64,000 nt of DNA from Vicugna vicugna (lineage: Eukaryota), in NCBI GenBank assembly GCA_013265495.1, contig MU058687.1:3966093-4030092 (forward strand). Reading direction: 5' to 3'. The notes beneath the pieces were generated by a model that made no database searches, was not told the DNA's origin, and worked only from the letters and a program-made list of their open reading frames with translations. The position numbers were made by a program, and so were the translations under genes. Of the stretch, positions 11,109 through 23,590 are shown in pieces (within the stretch, counting starts at the first letter, position 1; each line of letters opens with the position of its first letter).

Positions 11109-13479
11109 TAGAGCAGGCACACTGCTAGGCAGGCTACTGGTCATATCTCTTCCTTTTCCACATGAAGAAACTAAGGCCTAAAATCATAAAACTGGTACTA
11201 ATAATCTGCACCTGTTGACTCACAATCAGTGCTCTTCCTGCTACACCAAGTAGAACTAAAGTAATGTGACAAATTAGCATCAGGAGGGTATGACCTCATA
11301 ATAAAGCCAGCCTAAAGGTACCAGTGCAGAAAGAGTAGACACTTTGAACTGCACATGTCTTTTTAGTACCAAATCTTCCTGTCACCCAGCGAGTAGAAAG
11401 AGCTGCAAGTTGCAATAGGTGGAATTTAGATTAAGCAGAAAGAACTACTTGACAGTGTGGGAAGTGAGGTGTTGCATTGGTTTCTAGAAAATGATGTAAC
11501 ATAAGAATGGCAAATGCAAATGCTTTGGGTTGGGTGTAAGTGGTGGGGACTGTGACAAACTGGGGAGAGAGACCACAAGTAGAAAACACGTTCTCTAATT
11601 CTGTTTATCACAAGAGAAGTAACGTCTTTTTTTTCTTTCTTTCTGGGTCCTAGAAACGTCAGGTCAAAATTATTTTCTTGAAAACACTTAAACTCTAGTT
11701 TGGTAGCATCCTCTTCTCCTTCCCTACAGAAATCCCTTGATCCTGCTTCTTCTTTGTTTTATCTTTGCAGCTCTAATAAGCAGAGACTGCTTCCCCATTT
11801 CTCCATCCTTCGCTCAGTTATGTGCTTCTGTAGCTCTGGGTCCAGGACTATAGCACTTTCTAACCCTTTGAGTTGGCTCTCTTGTGCTCTAAAAAACATC
11901 AGCTCTTTCACAATTACTGTGCAGTGTCCCCATTATAGTGTTTCTAACCTCCCATGCTGGGCCATCACAACTTTCATGAACAAATCACCTTGCAACCACA
12001 TTGCCTTTTCTTGGATGACTTTTATGTAGGACAACATGCATCTACACTGGGTAAGAGAATTACACAGGCAGAGGCTTTGCTTTGTTCTGCACTGGATACT
12101 CAGCATCTAGCATGGTTCTCTGCTGCACAAGTAGGAGGTCAACAATACTTACTGAGTGAGTAAATAATTACACAAATGCAATTCAATTCTCTTCAAGTTG
12201 GGTATCTCCTAAAATTCACACAGGAATTTTCAAAATGGACAAAATGGAACACATGTTACATTTTATAGGAAAGCCACAGAGTGAATAATCAGGGAGATGA
12301 AATAAAATTTAAAAACCAGTGTCATTTTGCATGTGACCTGATAAACAACCATGTACTTACTCTACCTACCAGGACTGTAGAATCTTGCCTTTTTAAACAG
12401 TGCCAGTGTTTGCATGTGCCCTGGGCTCATTTTCAGAACCACGGATAGAGGCATCATGTTTCCTTTTATGTATAACTCACTGAACAACAGGATGAAGAAA
12501 TACTCAGGGTCTGGGACAGGACTCTCAGTGACTGTGATGGAAATTACTCCCTTTTAGCAGAAGAAAATTCACTTAGAGCCCTTTTATTTCCCTTTTCCCT
12601 TGGCAGACTTGCATTTTCAGCTGTTAAGACACTTAGGCTTATACAGGTTGGTTTTTAGGTGCCTGGAGGATGGGGAGGGGTTGCCATGGAAATTGATATC
12701 TTCTGAGTTTGACACTCCAGGGCAACCACCAGTGGCAGGTATCCCTGCTGATGGCTGGGGTGTATCTCATGCTCAGGATGGCCCTCATCCAAGTAACCAA
12801 GTGTGCATAGGAAGCAGGCCCAGTTGTTCATGGAGTACTGGATTTAGGTGCCAACCTGAGGTCATCCTATTGCCAAGGCAAGAATTAGGAAAACTAGTAA
12901 ACTCTGCCAAGATTTAACTGGTAAAACATACTATGCACACTTGTGAGAATAAGCCCTTCCCAAACTTTCAAGCTTTACTGTGTTTGGTTGTAAAACCCAA
13001 AAGCCAGATTGACTCTCAGTCCCTGTTAGATCCTTTTTAAGGAAAAGGTGATACACCCTCCCCACCTCTGCCTTTCCTAAGACTCCCTTTGCCTTCTCAT
13101 TAGCTACATTCAAATGCAGTTTTACTAAGGCTCATCAAAATGGCTTTTTTAGTGTGTGGTGGTGGTCTCTCATTCTGGATCCTTTCGGGAGCCTGACTTT
13201 CATTTATTTTGTAAATTTGATGCCCTTCCTACATTTTTCTTGAAACATGTTACATTTTGGAGTCTGTTTTTCCATTTTTGCCCTGTTTCTGGTCATTATA
13301 CGCCATCTTTTCTCCTGATAATAAATTTCCTGATCTCCTTTGTTGGGGAAGCTCAGGACAGGAGCTGATGGAGATTGGCCAAATGTCAGAGATGCCTGCC
13401 CTTTGATCTGTACCTACAAGCAGATCCATTGGCTATTTTAGCATGTGTCCCAGCTTCAAAAGATGAGAGTGAGGCTCTC

Positions 13480-13960
13480 ACAGTATGGTTACCAATTTTC
13501 CAGCCCTTGGTGTGTACCCACCAACCCTTACCTAATATTTTATCCTCCAGCAACACCCAGTTGTTAATAATTCCCTGTATTTAAAATATTGTTTCTCAAA
13601 TCCATGGTTTTCTTGAGCTTTCCCCTCTGCCAATATTGGCCTTCCCCTATTTGCTTAGTTAACTCATACTCATCCTGTAAGAATCAGCTTAGGCATCATC
13701 TCTCCAGCAAGCCTCCCAAATGTTTCTCCCACTCTCTCCATCCTTTTCACACTGGGTTAGTTACCCTCATTTCTGTTGGTATAAAATGCTGTGCATATGG
13801 GCTACTGTTACACTCATTATATCAAATTGTGATTATCTATGTTTGTGTTTCCTTTCCTCACTATGTCTCCATACTCCCTCAGTACATCATTTGCATCTAT
13901 GGCACTGAGCAGAGTTCTTGACACACTGGAGGTGCTAAATGAATGCAAGTTGAATACATT
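13480..13960 (+). mobile_element. L2 LINE 3' fragment
   Basis: aactcatactcatcctgtaagaatcagcttaggcatcatctctccagcaagcc...ggtgctaaatgaatgcaagttgaat L2 3' pattern. Confidence 0.65.
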
Positions 13961-15755
13961 TATGCCAAATTTAGAGCAGGTTTGAAAAAATATCCCAGCC
14001 TTCTCTCACAGAGTAAAGGGGAATTTGTGGGGCAATATGCTGAAAAGTTTTGAAGATCATTTCTGTAGCCTATTTGTCCCTATTATGGGAATACTGATTT
14101 AAACCAAATGACTTCTAGAGAGTCTTTGGTTGTTCTCCACCACTGGGAGACAACTAGGCAATATGGAGTTGACCTCCTCTCTTTTGAATAACATGGAATC
14201 CATTGTGGAGGCTTTTAAACCCATGGTGGTGTTTTCTCTCAAAACTGAGATAAATATGAAGCAATGTTCGCTGACAGTAACAGCTATAATAAACGCTGTC
14301 AGCTGGAAGAAAACATCAGTCACAGATGTCATTGGATCTGTGAACTTTACACAAATGTAGATTTTATAAAATAAGATTTTAGAGAAGGTCATAGTCATAT
14401 TCAGAAAGCGAGGTGAGAATGAAATGTGCATTGGCGTGGTTGCCCAATCCATAGAGAACACTCCACAAGGCAGGAAGGAGCGGAGCCGATGCACACGAGC
14501 TCGCCAGATGCAGTCATTCTCTTTTCTTTATCCTTAATTTCTGGATCCTGTTCTGTTTGAATCACTGTCAAGGAATCCTTTACAGCCCCTTTATGTTCTC
14601 TCTTTCTCTTTAAAACAGAAAGTTCTAAACCAGATTCTGCCACAGAATTCTGAAGTGATCACTATACCACATTCCTATTCAACGTTCCTGGATTATATTT
14701 TCATTTTTAAAGGGTAGCATTTTTGTTTTCCACTAGGACCCCTAGAGTCGCCTCTTTTTTTTTTTTCCCTTTCAATTTGATCATCACCAGAAACAGGTGC
14801 ACTCCAACCTGTGTTCATGCGGTATTTTTTTGTAGTAGGCAATTACATGTACTTTTAGTGATAATGGTTGTTTGTACGTTAACAATAGCTACACTTTGAA
14901 GATCAGTGTTGCTCCCCGTCCCCATGTGTGTATGTACACAAACAAATGCAAACAAGGGCAGACCTGATTGTTCCTTTGTTACAAGTAAAGACCATCTAAT
15001 CATAGGAAAGCACATTTAATAATTGTGTATAATGAGCAAATTAGAGCAATAATGCAAGGAAATGAGAGCCAATTCCTTGAAATGTTTTTCTTATCTTATA
15101 ATTGGGGAAAAAAAAAAAAGGCTTTCCCCTAAAGTAGAGAGACTAACTGCTGAGCTGCCTTGCTTCTGCCAAGTATGAAGGTATCTGACACTCTGCTGCT
15201 CTGCTGTTCACTGAGTAAAATCCTGGAGGGAGGGTGAGGATGGGAAGGGAAAAGAGCTGTTGAATCTGGGGCTTAGTTTTATGCTGGATTATACGGCAGG
15301 TTGATTCCAGCAGACACTCAGCAGCAGGCACCCATCCATTCATGACTGTGTTTGGATCATGCAGCAAAATAGTTTAATGACCAAGAGCTGGAGCTTTGGT
15401 GTTAGGAAGACCTGACTTCTGGTCCCAGCTTTGTCACTTTACTAACTGGTAATTTTAGCAAGTTTTACATTTTTCCAAGATCTAGTTTATTCCAACTGTA
15501 CAAAGGAGTCAAGATGGCGCACACACCACAGGGTTTTTGTGAAGCTTGACGTGCTAGTGCTTACTTTAGTGGCTGCTGTATGGTCAGGGTACATGTCAAT
15601 ATGCTCTAGGGGGGAAAGGAGAGGAGGAAGCGACTAAGAAGTCCAAAGGATGATATGATGTAGTTGGGAGGGTGGGGTTAGACATTTGAATCCTGTATCC
15701 ATTTCTTACTAGCTGTATCATGCTAGATAAGGCAACTTGAACTTTGAGGGCCAAA

Positions 15756-15784
15756 TCTATCTATCTATTTTCCAAATCTATCTG

Positions 15785-15821
<37 letters not shown>
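15756..15821. repeat. (TCTA)n tetranucleotide microsatellite inside a MIR
   Basis: tctatctatc... run, flanked by MIR sequence (tttgaatcctg...tctgagggttaaataagataac). Confidence 0.9.
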
Positions 15822-16109
15822 GTATCGATGTTAATGCCTGTTTATAGGGCAATTCTGAGGGTTAAATAAGATAACGTATGTGTAAGTGTCCGGTCACCCT
15901 GAGCCATTTCTTTCTGCCAGTAGGAGCTAACTAAATGCTAGTTGTGGTGGTATGCTGCTGATGTGGAATAGTGCTGAGCTATGATTTATACCATTCCCAA
16001 GTGACTTTTTAATGGTATGGATTCATGTGTCCTATTCTGCTCAATATTCCCATCAGACTCATGATTCTTAACTTTTAGAGCAAAGTTTGATGCCTGAGAG
16101 TATTTCATG

Positions 16110-16517
16110 ATATAGCAGTTCCTGTCAGTGTCCCTCCCACATCCCCTTATCCTTCCCAGTTCAGTGCACACCAGCCCAACTTCTACCAGCATATGCATTT
16201 GTCTGCCTGGGGGCTTTTCCTTGCCCTTGGACCCCACTTTGTGTCCTGTGCTGTAGGCCAGAAGTGCAGAGGAATTAACAGCCCCCTTCTTGAACATCCC
16301 TCAACCAATGACTGGCAGCGTTTTTCACTGGCTCCCAGACTTTCCTCAGTGAGTTTAAGTTCCATTTTCCCTTAGTGGTAGCTGGCTTGATAATGCACCC
16401 TGTAGTGGCGGCGGTCCTATCCTTATGTCCCACCCCCCACAACATCTTACAAGTAAGTTACTTGCACTTCAATCCTGGCCTCAAAGTTTACCTCTGAAGA
16501 AACCCAAACTAAGACAC
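16110..16517 (+). mobile_element. LTR16-type (ERVL) solo LTR relic
   Basis: Start ctgtcagtgtccctcccacatcccctt and end aaacccaaactaagaca are typical of LTR16. Confidence 0.65.
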
Positions 16518-18899
16518 ACAGCTACCTCAATAAGCCAGCCCAGTGATGCTTATGGAGAATTATTATACATAGATCTTGATACCAGGATTATTACCGTAGG
16601 GAGCTGGTTGCAACATAACTAGTTCCATCTGATCTAAGGCTTAATGTGGAGTAGACTGGAATAAAAATGACTGGGCCTATTCAATCTGTTCTGAAACGAT
16701 ACCTGTATGAATACGTGTCAATGTGCTTATTAGGTTGGTAGAGGATATGAGGATCTTATTTGACCTTCTTTATCAGAAAGACACTTTGTGGGTTTACGAC
16801 AGGAGTAGGTGAAAGAGGAGCACCACATTGGTTCCAGGGCTCAACTTGGGACTTGAAGGTGTTGTGGGGAAGTCTGGCTTTATATTCTAGCCCCAAGGGC
16901 ACCCCGGCTTTATAGTGTCTGGACAATTAGGGATGCTTAAAAGTGGCTGCCCTGATTTGAGGTGATCTGTATATCTACAGTCAGCTGAGGACCAGGTCAG
17001 CCCTGGGGAGAGTGGGGACAATCTGGCCAGATGTCCATTACGTATAATCTCTCTAAATTTGGCCAACTGGGATAATGCTGTCGTGGCCTGAGGTCATGAA
17101 TGGGCTTCGCAGTGTCTGTGAACCTCCTGATATTTTATTAAAAACTTTGTATTTATGTGCACTTTTTTCCTGAGAGAGAAGTCGTGAGCTTTTGGATTTA
17201 ATAGGGGTTCTCACAATATTAAAAACCACTTCAGCTTGATGGCTAATTCTAGTGCTCAGGATTATTTAAGGAATGTTTGGGAGCGCCGATCGTATCTATT
17301 GTAATGAAAGTGCTCCTTGGGGGCCCCAGGTGGGCTCAAACCTAGCGCTTTGGGACCCAGAAGTCAACAGGCACCTCATGGGGCATCACTCTCTTACATT
17401 TCCTGGTTTGTTCACAAGCCCTGCAGGTTCCTGCAGGCCTCCCACATGCTGGTGGCAGAGAAGCCCCAGGGCACAATGTGAGAGATATACGACGACGCAG
17501 CTGAGGCCAAGTGCTGTGGCCTTAGATGTAAACACAGCTGTTTGCAGCAGCCATCACTGGAGTGAAAAGTGGGTGGAGAGGCTGTGAGGCAGGGCTCACA
17601 GGTGCCTGCTACACCCCCTGCACTCTGGCAGCTCCCCTCCATGGCGAAGAAGACCATGCCCAGCCTCACATCGTGGCACATCTGGATCATAAGGATCAGG
17701 AAATGTGGTGGAGACTTGAACTTTATAATTGGGAAAAGTACATTCCCACAGCCTATTTATCTGATTCTCAAATAGCCCTCTGGGTTGTGTAGAGTGTATA
17801 GTGGAATTACTGTGTTTTTTTCCAAACAAGTAAATTAGGGCTCACAGCGGCTACCTGTGAGAATTGAGTGAGGTCCCATAGTTAAAACATCGTGGAAGCT
17901 AGTTCTTCTTTCTTCAGAGTTTTCTGTGACATCATTCTGCTCCCTGGCAACACATCATCAGAAAGGAAAAAAAGAGTTTAGGGAAAGATATCCTGGTGGG
18001 GGCTCTAGAGTTTCACTATCTCGTTGAGAGGATACACATGTAGGACCCGCCAGATCTTAACTGTAAGGAACTTTTGCTGGCAACTGGTTTGATTTCCAGC
18101 ATGGGGTGAGGTGGCAGGGGAGAGACGACCAGGGAGGATTCTGGGTGCAGGTGTTGGGTTCCCAGGTTGGCAGCTAAGCATGCTTCTGCTGGTGCAGGTG
18201 TACAGGCTGCAACAGAGCCCAGCTGATTTTTAAGAACTCATTTCCATTGTTTTCTCCCGTGACAACAGTTGTAGATGTTGATTTATTGGCATTGCTACAG
18301 ATGTGACTTAACCTTGGTGATACTGATGAACTGGTCCTTCTCCTTTAAAATTTAGAAGGAAGATGGAGTCTGGGAGAACCAGGACAGACAGGACCAACAG
18401 GCTGCACTGCTAATGGGTGCCCTGTGCTCTGGAGTCAAAGCATATGTAGGGAGGAGGTCTCTGAGAATAAGCCTAGGAGATATTCCTATTTGCATCAGTT
18501 AAGGCCCTTTTGTTTGCAAGCAACAGAACCGAATGTGACAGGGAATATACCTGGAGGCTAGAGACCAGGTGGGAATGAACATCAGCTAAGTTCCTTCCTT
18601 CCTTCCTTGCACCCTTTTCTCTGTTCCTCTTTCTTCCTCTTCCAAATCCTACTTCTTAATTACCTATGCATAAACACACAGACAGAATTTTACATAAATG
18701 TACAGATGTGATGATTAAATAATGTTTTTCTGAGTGCAGTCTTCCTTTCCATTTTTCCTTAATTTCCCCCCTCTTCTCCTTATTGCCTAGCTCGACTCCA
18801 AGACAGTTTGTATTAATAACCTATTATATGTCTGCCATATTTTTCTCTTTACTGATGTAATTTATACATATAGACATGTATCCATGTTTTTCAGGTCAA

Positions 18900-20800
18900 T
18901 GTTTTATAAAATGGGGTATTATATTCTTATTTTTTATCTTGATTTCCTTTCTGGGGAAAATTTTATTGTGAAATACAGAATAAACATAGAAAAGTTTTAA
19001 AAATGTGTTTATATGGTTTACATAATAGTAAAGCAAACATTCATAGTATACCATCCCCCTGGATTAAGAAGTTGAAAATTACCAGTGCCTTAGAATGTGC
19101 CTGTGTGCCACCCTGCAGTCTCCTTTTCCTCTTCTCTTGAGAATATCACTCTCTGGAATCAGTCCTGCACTTCTTTTCATATATTTTGTTTTTCTTGCTC
19201 AACTTTACCTAGTGGAAATCCCTCTATGTTGAAAGGCAGGGCTCTAATTGACTCTTCTTAAGGGGTGTGTAATATTCCAGTAGAAGACTCCATTATACAG
19301 GCAGCATTTCTCTATTATCACTTCATGTCCAGCTTTTTATTCTACTCCGTACAATGTTGCAGTCCCTCCTTGTGCATTTGCACTGGTGCTTTTACCTCTG
19401 GGGTGTAGTATAGGAGTGGGGTGATGAATAGAAAGGGATGTGTTCTTTACATATGAATGGATGCCATCATATTGCTTTCCAAAATGTGGTAACACTCAAA
19501 GTGTTACCTCAAGCAGAGTGGGAGAGCACCCTTTATAGGCGCCCCTGATAGCAACAGGGGTGATTGCTCTTTTTCATTGTGCCACTCTGAGGAGTGTCAA
19601 GCTTATTGTTATTTTAACTGCATTTCTCAGACTATTAGTGAATCTGCATATTTGCTTTTGTTTGCAAGCCATTTAGCTGAGCACATAGGTGAAGGGACTA
19701 TTCATGACTTCTGCTCACTCCTTCAGTGGAGATGTTTGTCCTTTTTCTTGTCTTTCCAAAGTCTACTACTTACTTATTTTGTTTAGGGTATATTTTGCCA
19801 TCAAATGTATTGCTTTTTTAAGTAGTTAAGTGTTTTAAAACTTTTATAGCTTCTGGGAAGCTTTAAAAATTATAGAAAAACATTAATTTTCTTCCTCAAA
19901 ATAATCATAATAGTAATAGCTAATACTTGAGGGTTTACTATGTGCTGCACTGTTACATGGGCACTTTATGTGTATTAACTATTTTAATCCCTCTTCTTCA
20001 CCACTCAAATCATAGATTTTCTTATTTATACCCATTTTACATATGAGGAAAATAAGGCACAGAGAAGCTAAGTAACTAGTCCAGAGGTCACACAGTAGAG
20101 AAGGTGGTAAAACTGGGACTTAAACCCAGGGAATGTAGCACTGAAGTCCATACTCTTACTACAGTGCTTCTAGCTTGGCTAACTGGTGAGCCAGGACTAT
20201 TTATTAAACAATCCATCCTTTCCCACTGAATTCATTACTTATTTTGTCATTTACTAAATTCTAGTATACAGCAGAGCCTCTTTCTAGGTTTTCTATTCTG
20301 TTCCCTGATCTATCCATCCAATCCTATAACAATTCCTTATTGATTTAATTATAGCAGCTTTATAATGGCTGACATTTATATAGTCCAATCCTTCCTCCTT
20401 GATCTTTTTTCATTAATTTTTTTTTACTACTTTCAGGCATTCATTCTTTCATATGGAGGTTATGTTCTTTTTATTCAATTAAAATATTTGATGGGATTCT
20501 AAATGAAATTGTATTACATTAAATATTAATTTTGGGACAATTGGCATGTTCTTGTTGACTATTCCCACTTAAAACATAGTGTACTTTTCTCTTCACTCAG
20601 GTATTATTTTATATTTTCCAATAAAATTCTGTATTTTTCTTTGTGTTATCCTCTGCATTTTAAGTTAAATTTATTGATAAATATTTTGAAGTTTTGATTG
20701 ATATTGTAAATAAAATATTTTTCTCATTTCTATTTTTTATGATTATTATTGGGGTAGAGAAAAGATATTAGTTTTGTATAGTTATTTTATATGCAATCAA
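18900..20800 (-). mobile_element. Old L1 (L1M/L1ME) 3' portion with a nested MIR at ~19905-20170
   Basis: Antisense L1 hallmarks (ttttattgtgaaata, attgctttccaaa, ttgttattttaactgcatttctcagactattagtg, ttattaaacaatccatcctttccc); MIR core at 20030-20130. Confidence 0.7.
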
Positions 20801-20809
20801 TATGAAGGT

Positions 20810-21290
20810 AACTATCAAGATAATCTTTTTTATTAACAATTAAAAGAAAAAATGATCCTATCAGTACAGGCTGAAATAGCATTTAATAAATTTCAGCAGC
20901 CATTCTTAATAAAATCTACATAAAATGGAAGTAAGAGATGATTGCTTAGATACATAAAGATTTATTTACTAAAAACAACAGCAGATCTGACAATCGTAGA
21001 AATCATTTCAATTAAAGTCAGAACGTATTCAGGGATGCCCGTGTCACCCATAATAACCATTATATTTGCTAGAACCTCCAAGGTAATAAAACAAGAAAAT
21101 AAAAGAACTGGTATAAAATCAGAAAAGAAAAGTTAAAACTACCTCTCTTTGCTGAGGCTATGATAGCATCAAGAAATTTAAGTAGCTCTATTTACTGTCT
21201 GACTGAATGAGATAATTTGGTGAGCTGGATGGTTATAAGCTAAGTATATAATATCAATCGCTTTTTTCTGTTCTATCAATAGTTAACCAT
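20810..21290 (+). mobile_element. Old L1 ORF2 reverse-transcriptase-region fragment (degenerate)
   Basis: cagggatgcccgtgtcaccc (QGCP.SP motif) and ctctctttgctgaggctatg (LSLFADDM-like) are degenerate L1 RT motifs; no intact frame. Confidence 0.7.
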
Positions 21291-23420
21291 TTTTGGTTCT
21301 CAAGATTCAAATTCTAGAGAGGGAGCACCTGATTGCCGTAGCTTGGATCATTTCCCAAGCCTTGGCTACAGAGATAAAAGGCCCTTAGGACAGCTCCAGT
21401 AGCCTCTGCTCAGTGGAACAATGGTGATTCCTTAAGGGGAGAGATTTGAGGGTCAGATTTTATTTTTTTCCATCAGAGAAGCCAGGTCCGACCTAACAAG
21501 TTCCATCCTCTTACCAAGAGGATACTTTGCTGTTTTCACTGTCTCAACTCTGCACAGCATCCAGATGATGTCTTATACCTAGTAAGTAGGACTTTATTCA
21601 TCCAAACAAAACTATTTTGAGTTCTTGCCTTTATGCCTTTGCTGTTGATAATCCTTTTTCTCCAGAATGCCCTTCCTCCTCTCTCTCGGTTCACTTGCTC
21701 ACTCTTATTTTTTAAGCTTCAGCTCAGATGTCACTTCCCCTGGGAAGCCTTTCCTGAGCCCACACTTCTAGTCTATGTTGGATGCTGCCACAAGTTTGCT
21801 ACACTGATTCAGACAATTATCTGTTCACGTGTCTGCTGCCTACATTATACTATCAGCGACTCATCGTGTGCTCTAGAACAGTGGGTGGCCCCAGCGAGTC
21901 ATCAGTGGGGGCCACTGTAACCCCACTGAGTATTTTCTAAATAAATAAATGTATGTTATATGTATAAGTGAACCAAGCAGTGCTTTGTTAGCAGTGATGT
22001 TGGTCAGATTTTTTTTATAATTTGCTCTCTAATTTTACCTTTTCTTTCCAAATTCCATTAACCTTCCAGCTCTTAACCCTGAATGAGAATGCTTTGTGGA
22101 TGCTTGGTGAACTTTTAGACTGTAATGCATTTCTTCCTTGCCTCCTGGGACTAATCCCCTTTTCTCATCTGTTTATTCTGATCTTATTTGAACATCAAGC
22201 TGTTACCATTGCCTCTCCCTTATCACACCCATTCTCCCTGTTGAATAAATTTAGTAGAACAAGAACTTCTTGGAATCCTTTAAGTTACGAAAGAAAATTC
22301 CTAAAGGAGAGGACGGTGTTGGTCCTACAAGCTTCTTCCTCATGACCTTCTGCTTCTCTTGGTTTCTCTGTGACACTTACCCCTTTGTGCACCCATGGCA
22401 CAGCTGAGGTGTTGGTGCCCCAAAGGAGACAACCTACTAAAGTCACTCATAATTATTAAGGAAGTTCAAATGTCTACTCTTTTGATGGCAATTGTGTTTT
22501 TTAAAAAAAAGAAAGAAAGAAAACCAGAGGAATAGTTTAAAAAGACAAAAACAAGAACTATGCCTGAGTCTCAGGTAAGCATTGGTTGGGAAGATATTTT
22601 TGAGTGAGCAGACCATTATTAGTAAGGTTCAACTCGCTCTACAGAAGGGACTGGGAGCTCTGCCTGAGATGCCTGAAGACAGCCTTGCATGGCCTGAGGA
22701 TTAGACTGAAAGTAGCACAGGACATGTGGAGCTGGAGATTTGGAGGACAAGTCTAAGTTCCATTCATGTACCAACTAAGTGACCTTAAGTAGTTTGTGTG
22801 ACCTCTCTGAGCCTCGGGGTCTTCATCTGTAAAATGAGGACAGTGATATGTATCTTATCTATACTGTCACTTTGTCACAAGAAACAAATGAGGTAAGACA
22901 TGTAAAGCCTTTAGGAGTCAATGTAATGCAATGGTGGAGCATGAGAGTTGCAGAGTCTGAATGGTTGGGTTCAAATGCCGGTCCCGACACTAATTAGGTG
23001 TCAATGACCTTGTGTAACTTTTTAACCTCTGTGTGCCTCAGTTTCTCTATCCATATAGTAAGGGCCATATGGAACCTATCTCACAGGGTTAAAGAGAGGT
23101 GAGACAGTTGACATGAGAGCACATACCTGCACGGCACGGAGCACTCAGTTACTGAGGCCCTTATCGGTGCCACAGAGCAACAGAGGCAGAGGTGGGACCT
23201 GTGTCACGGGAGAGGGGCCAGTCTAAGCCTCTCTTGGTTTTAGCTGAAGCATCAAGACTTGCTTTATTCCTGCTTACGAATGAACGAACCTACGAAATTA
23301 AAACCCATTTCCAGATTATTTTCTCCCACTTATATCTGTGTATGCTTTCTCTCTTTTGCCCCCTTTCCAATCCAGATGCAGAATTTGGTTTCCTACTGAT
23401 TTCCACAAGAAATTCCACAC

Positions 23421-23590
23421 TCACTCCCCCTCTCTTCTTTTTTCCCTTTATTAACCTCCTCTCCCTCTCCCTGTTCCTCTGCCTTCCTCCCGTCTCTTCT
23501 CCTCCTCTCTTTCCTCTCCTCTTCTATCCTCCCCCGTCTCTCTCTTCCCTCCTCTCTCCCCTCCTGGAGCTCTCATTTCTTCCTTTTCTG
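23421..23590. repeat. CT-rich polypyrimidine low-complexity tract
   Basis: ~170 bp almost entirely C/T on the + strand. Confidence 0.9.

Noticed and set aside
14099..14494. 131-aa minus-strand ORF
   Set aside because: No recognisable homology or splice context; better explained as non-coding sequence.
17400..17800. Cluster of short ORFs, possible processed pseudogene
   Set aside because: No recognisable parent protein, poly(A) tail or TSD.
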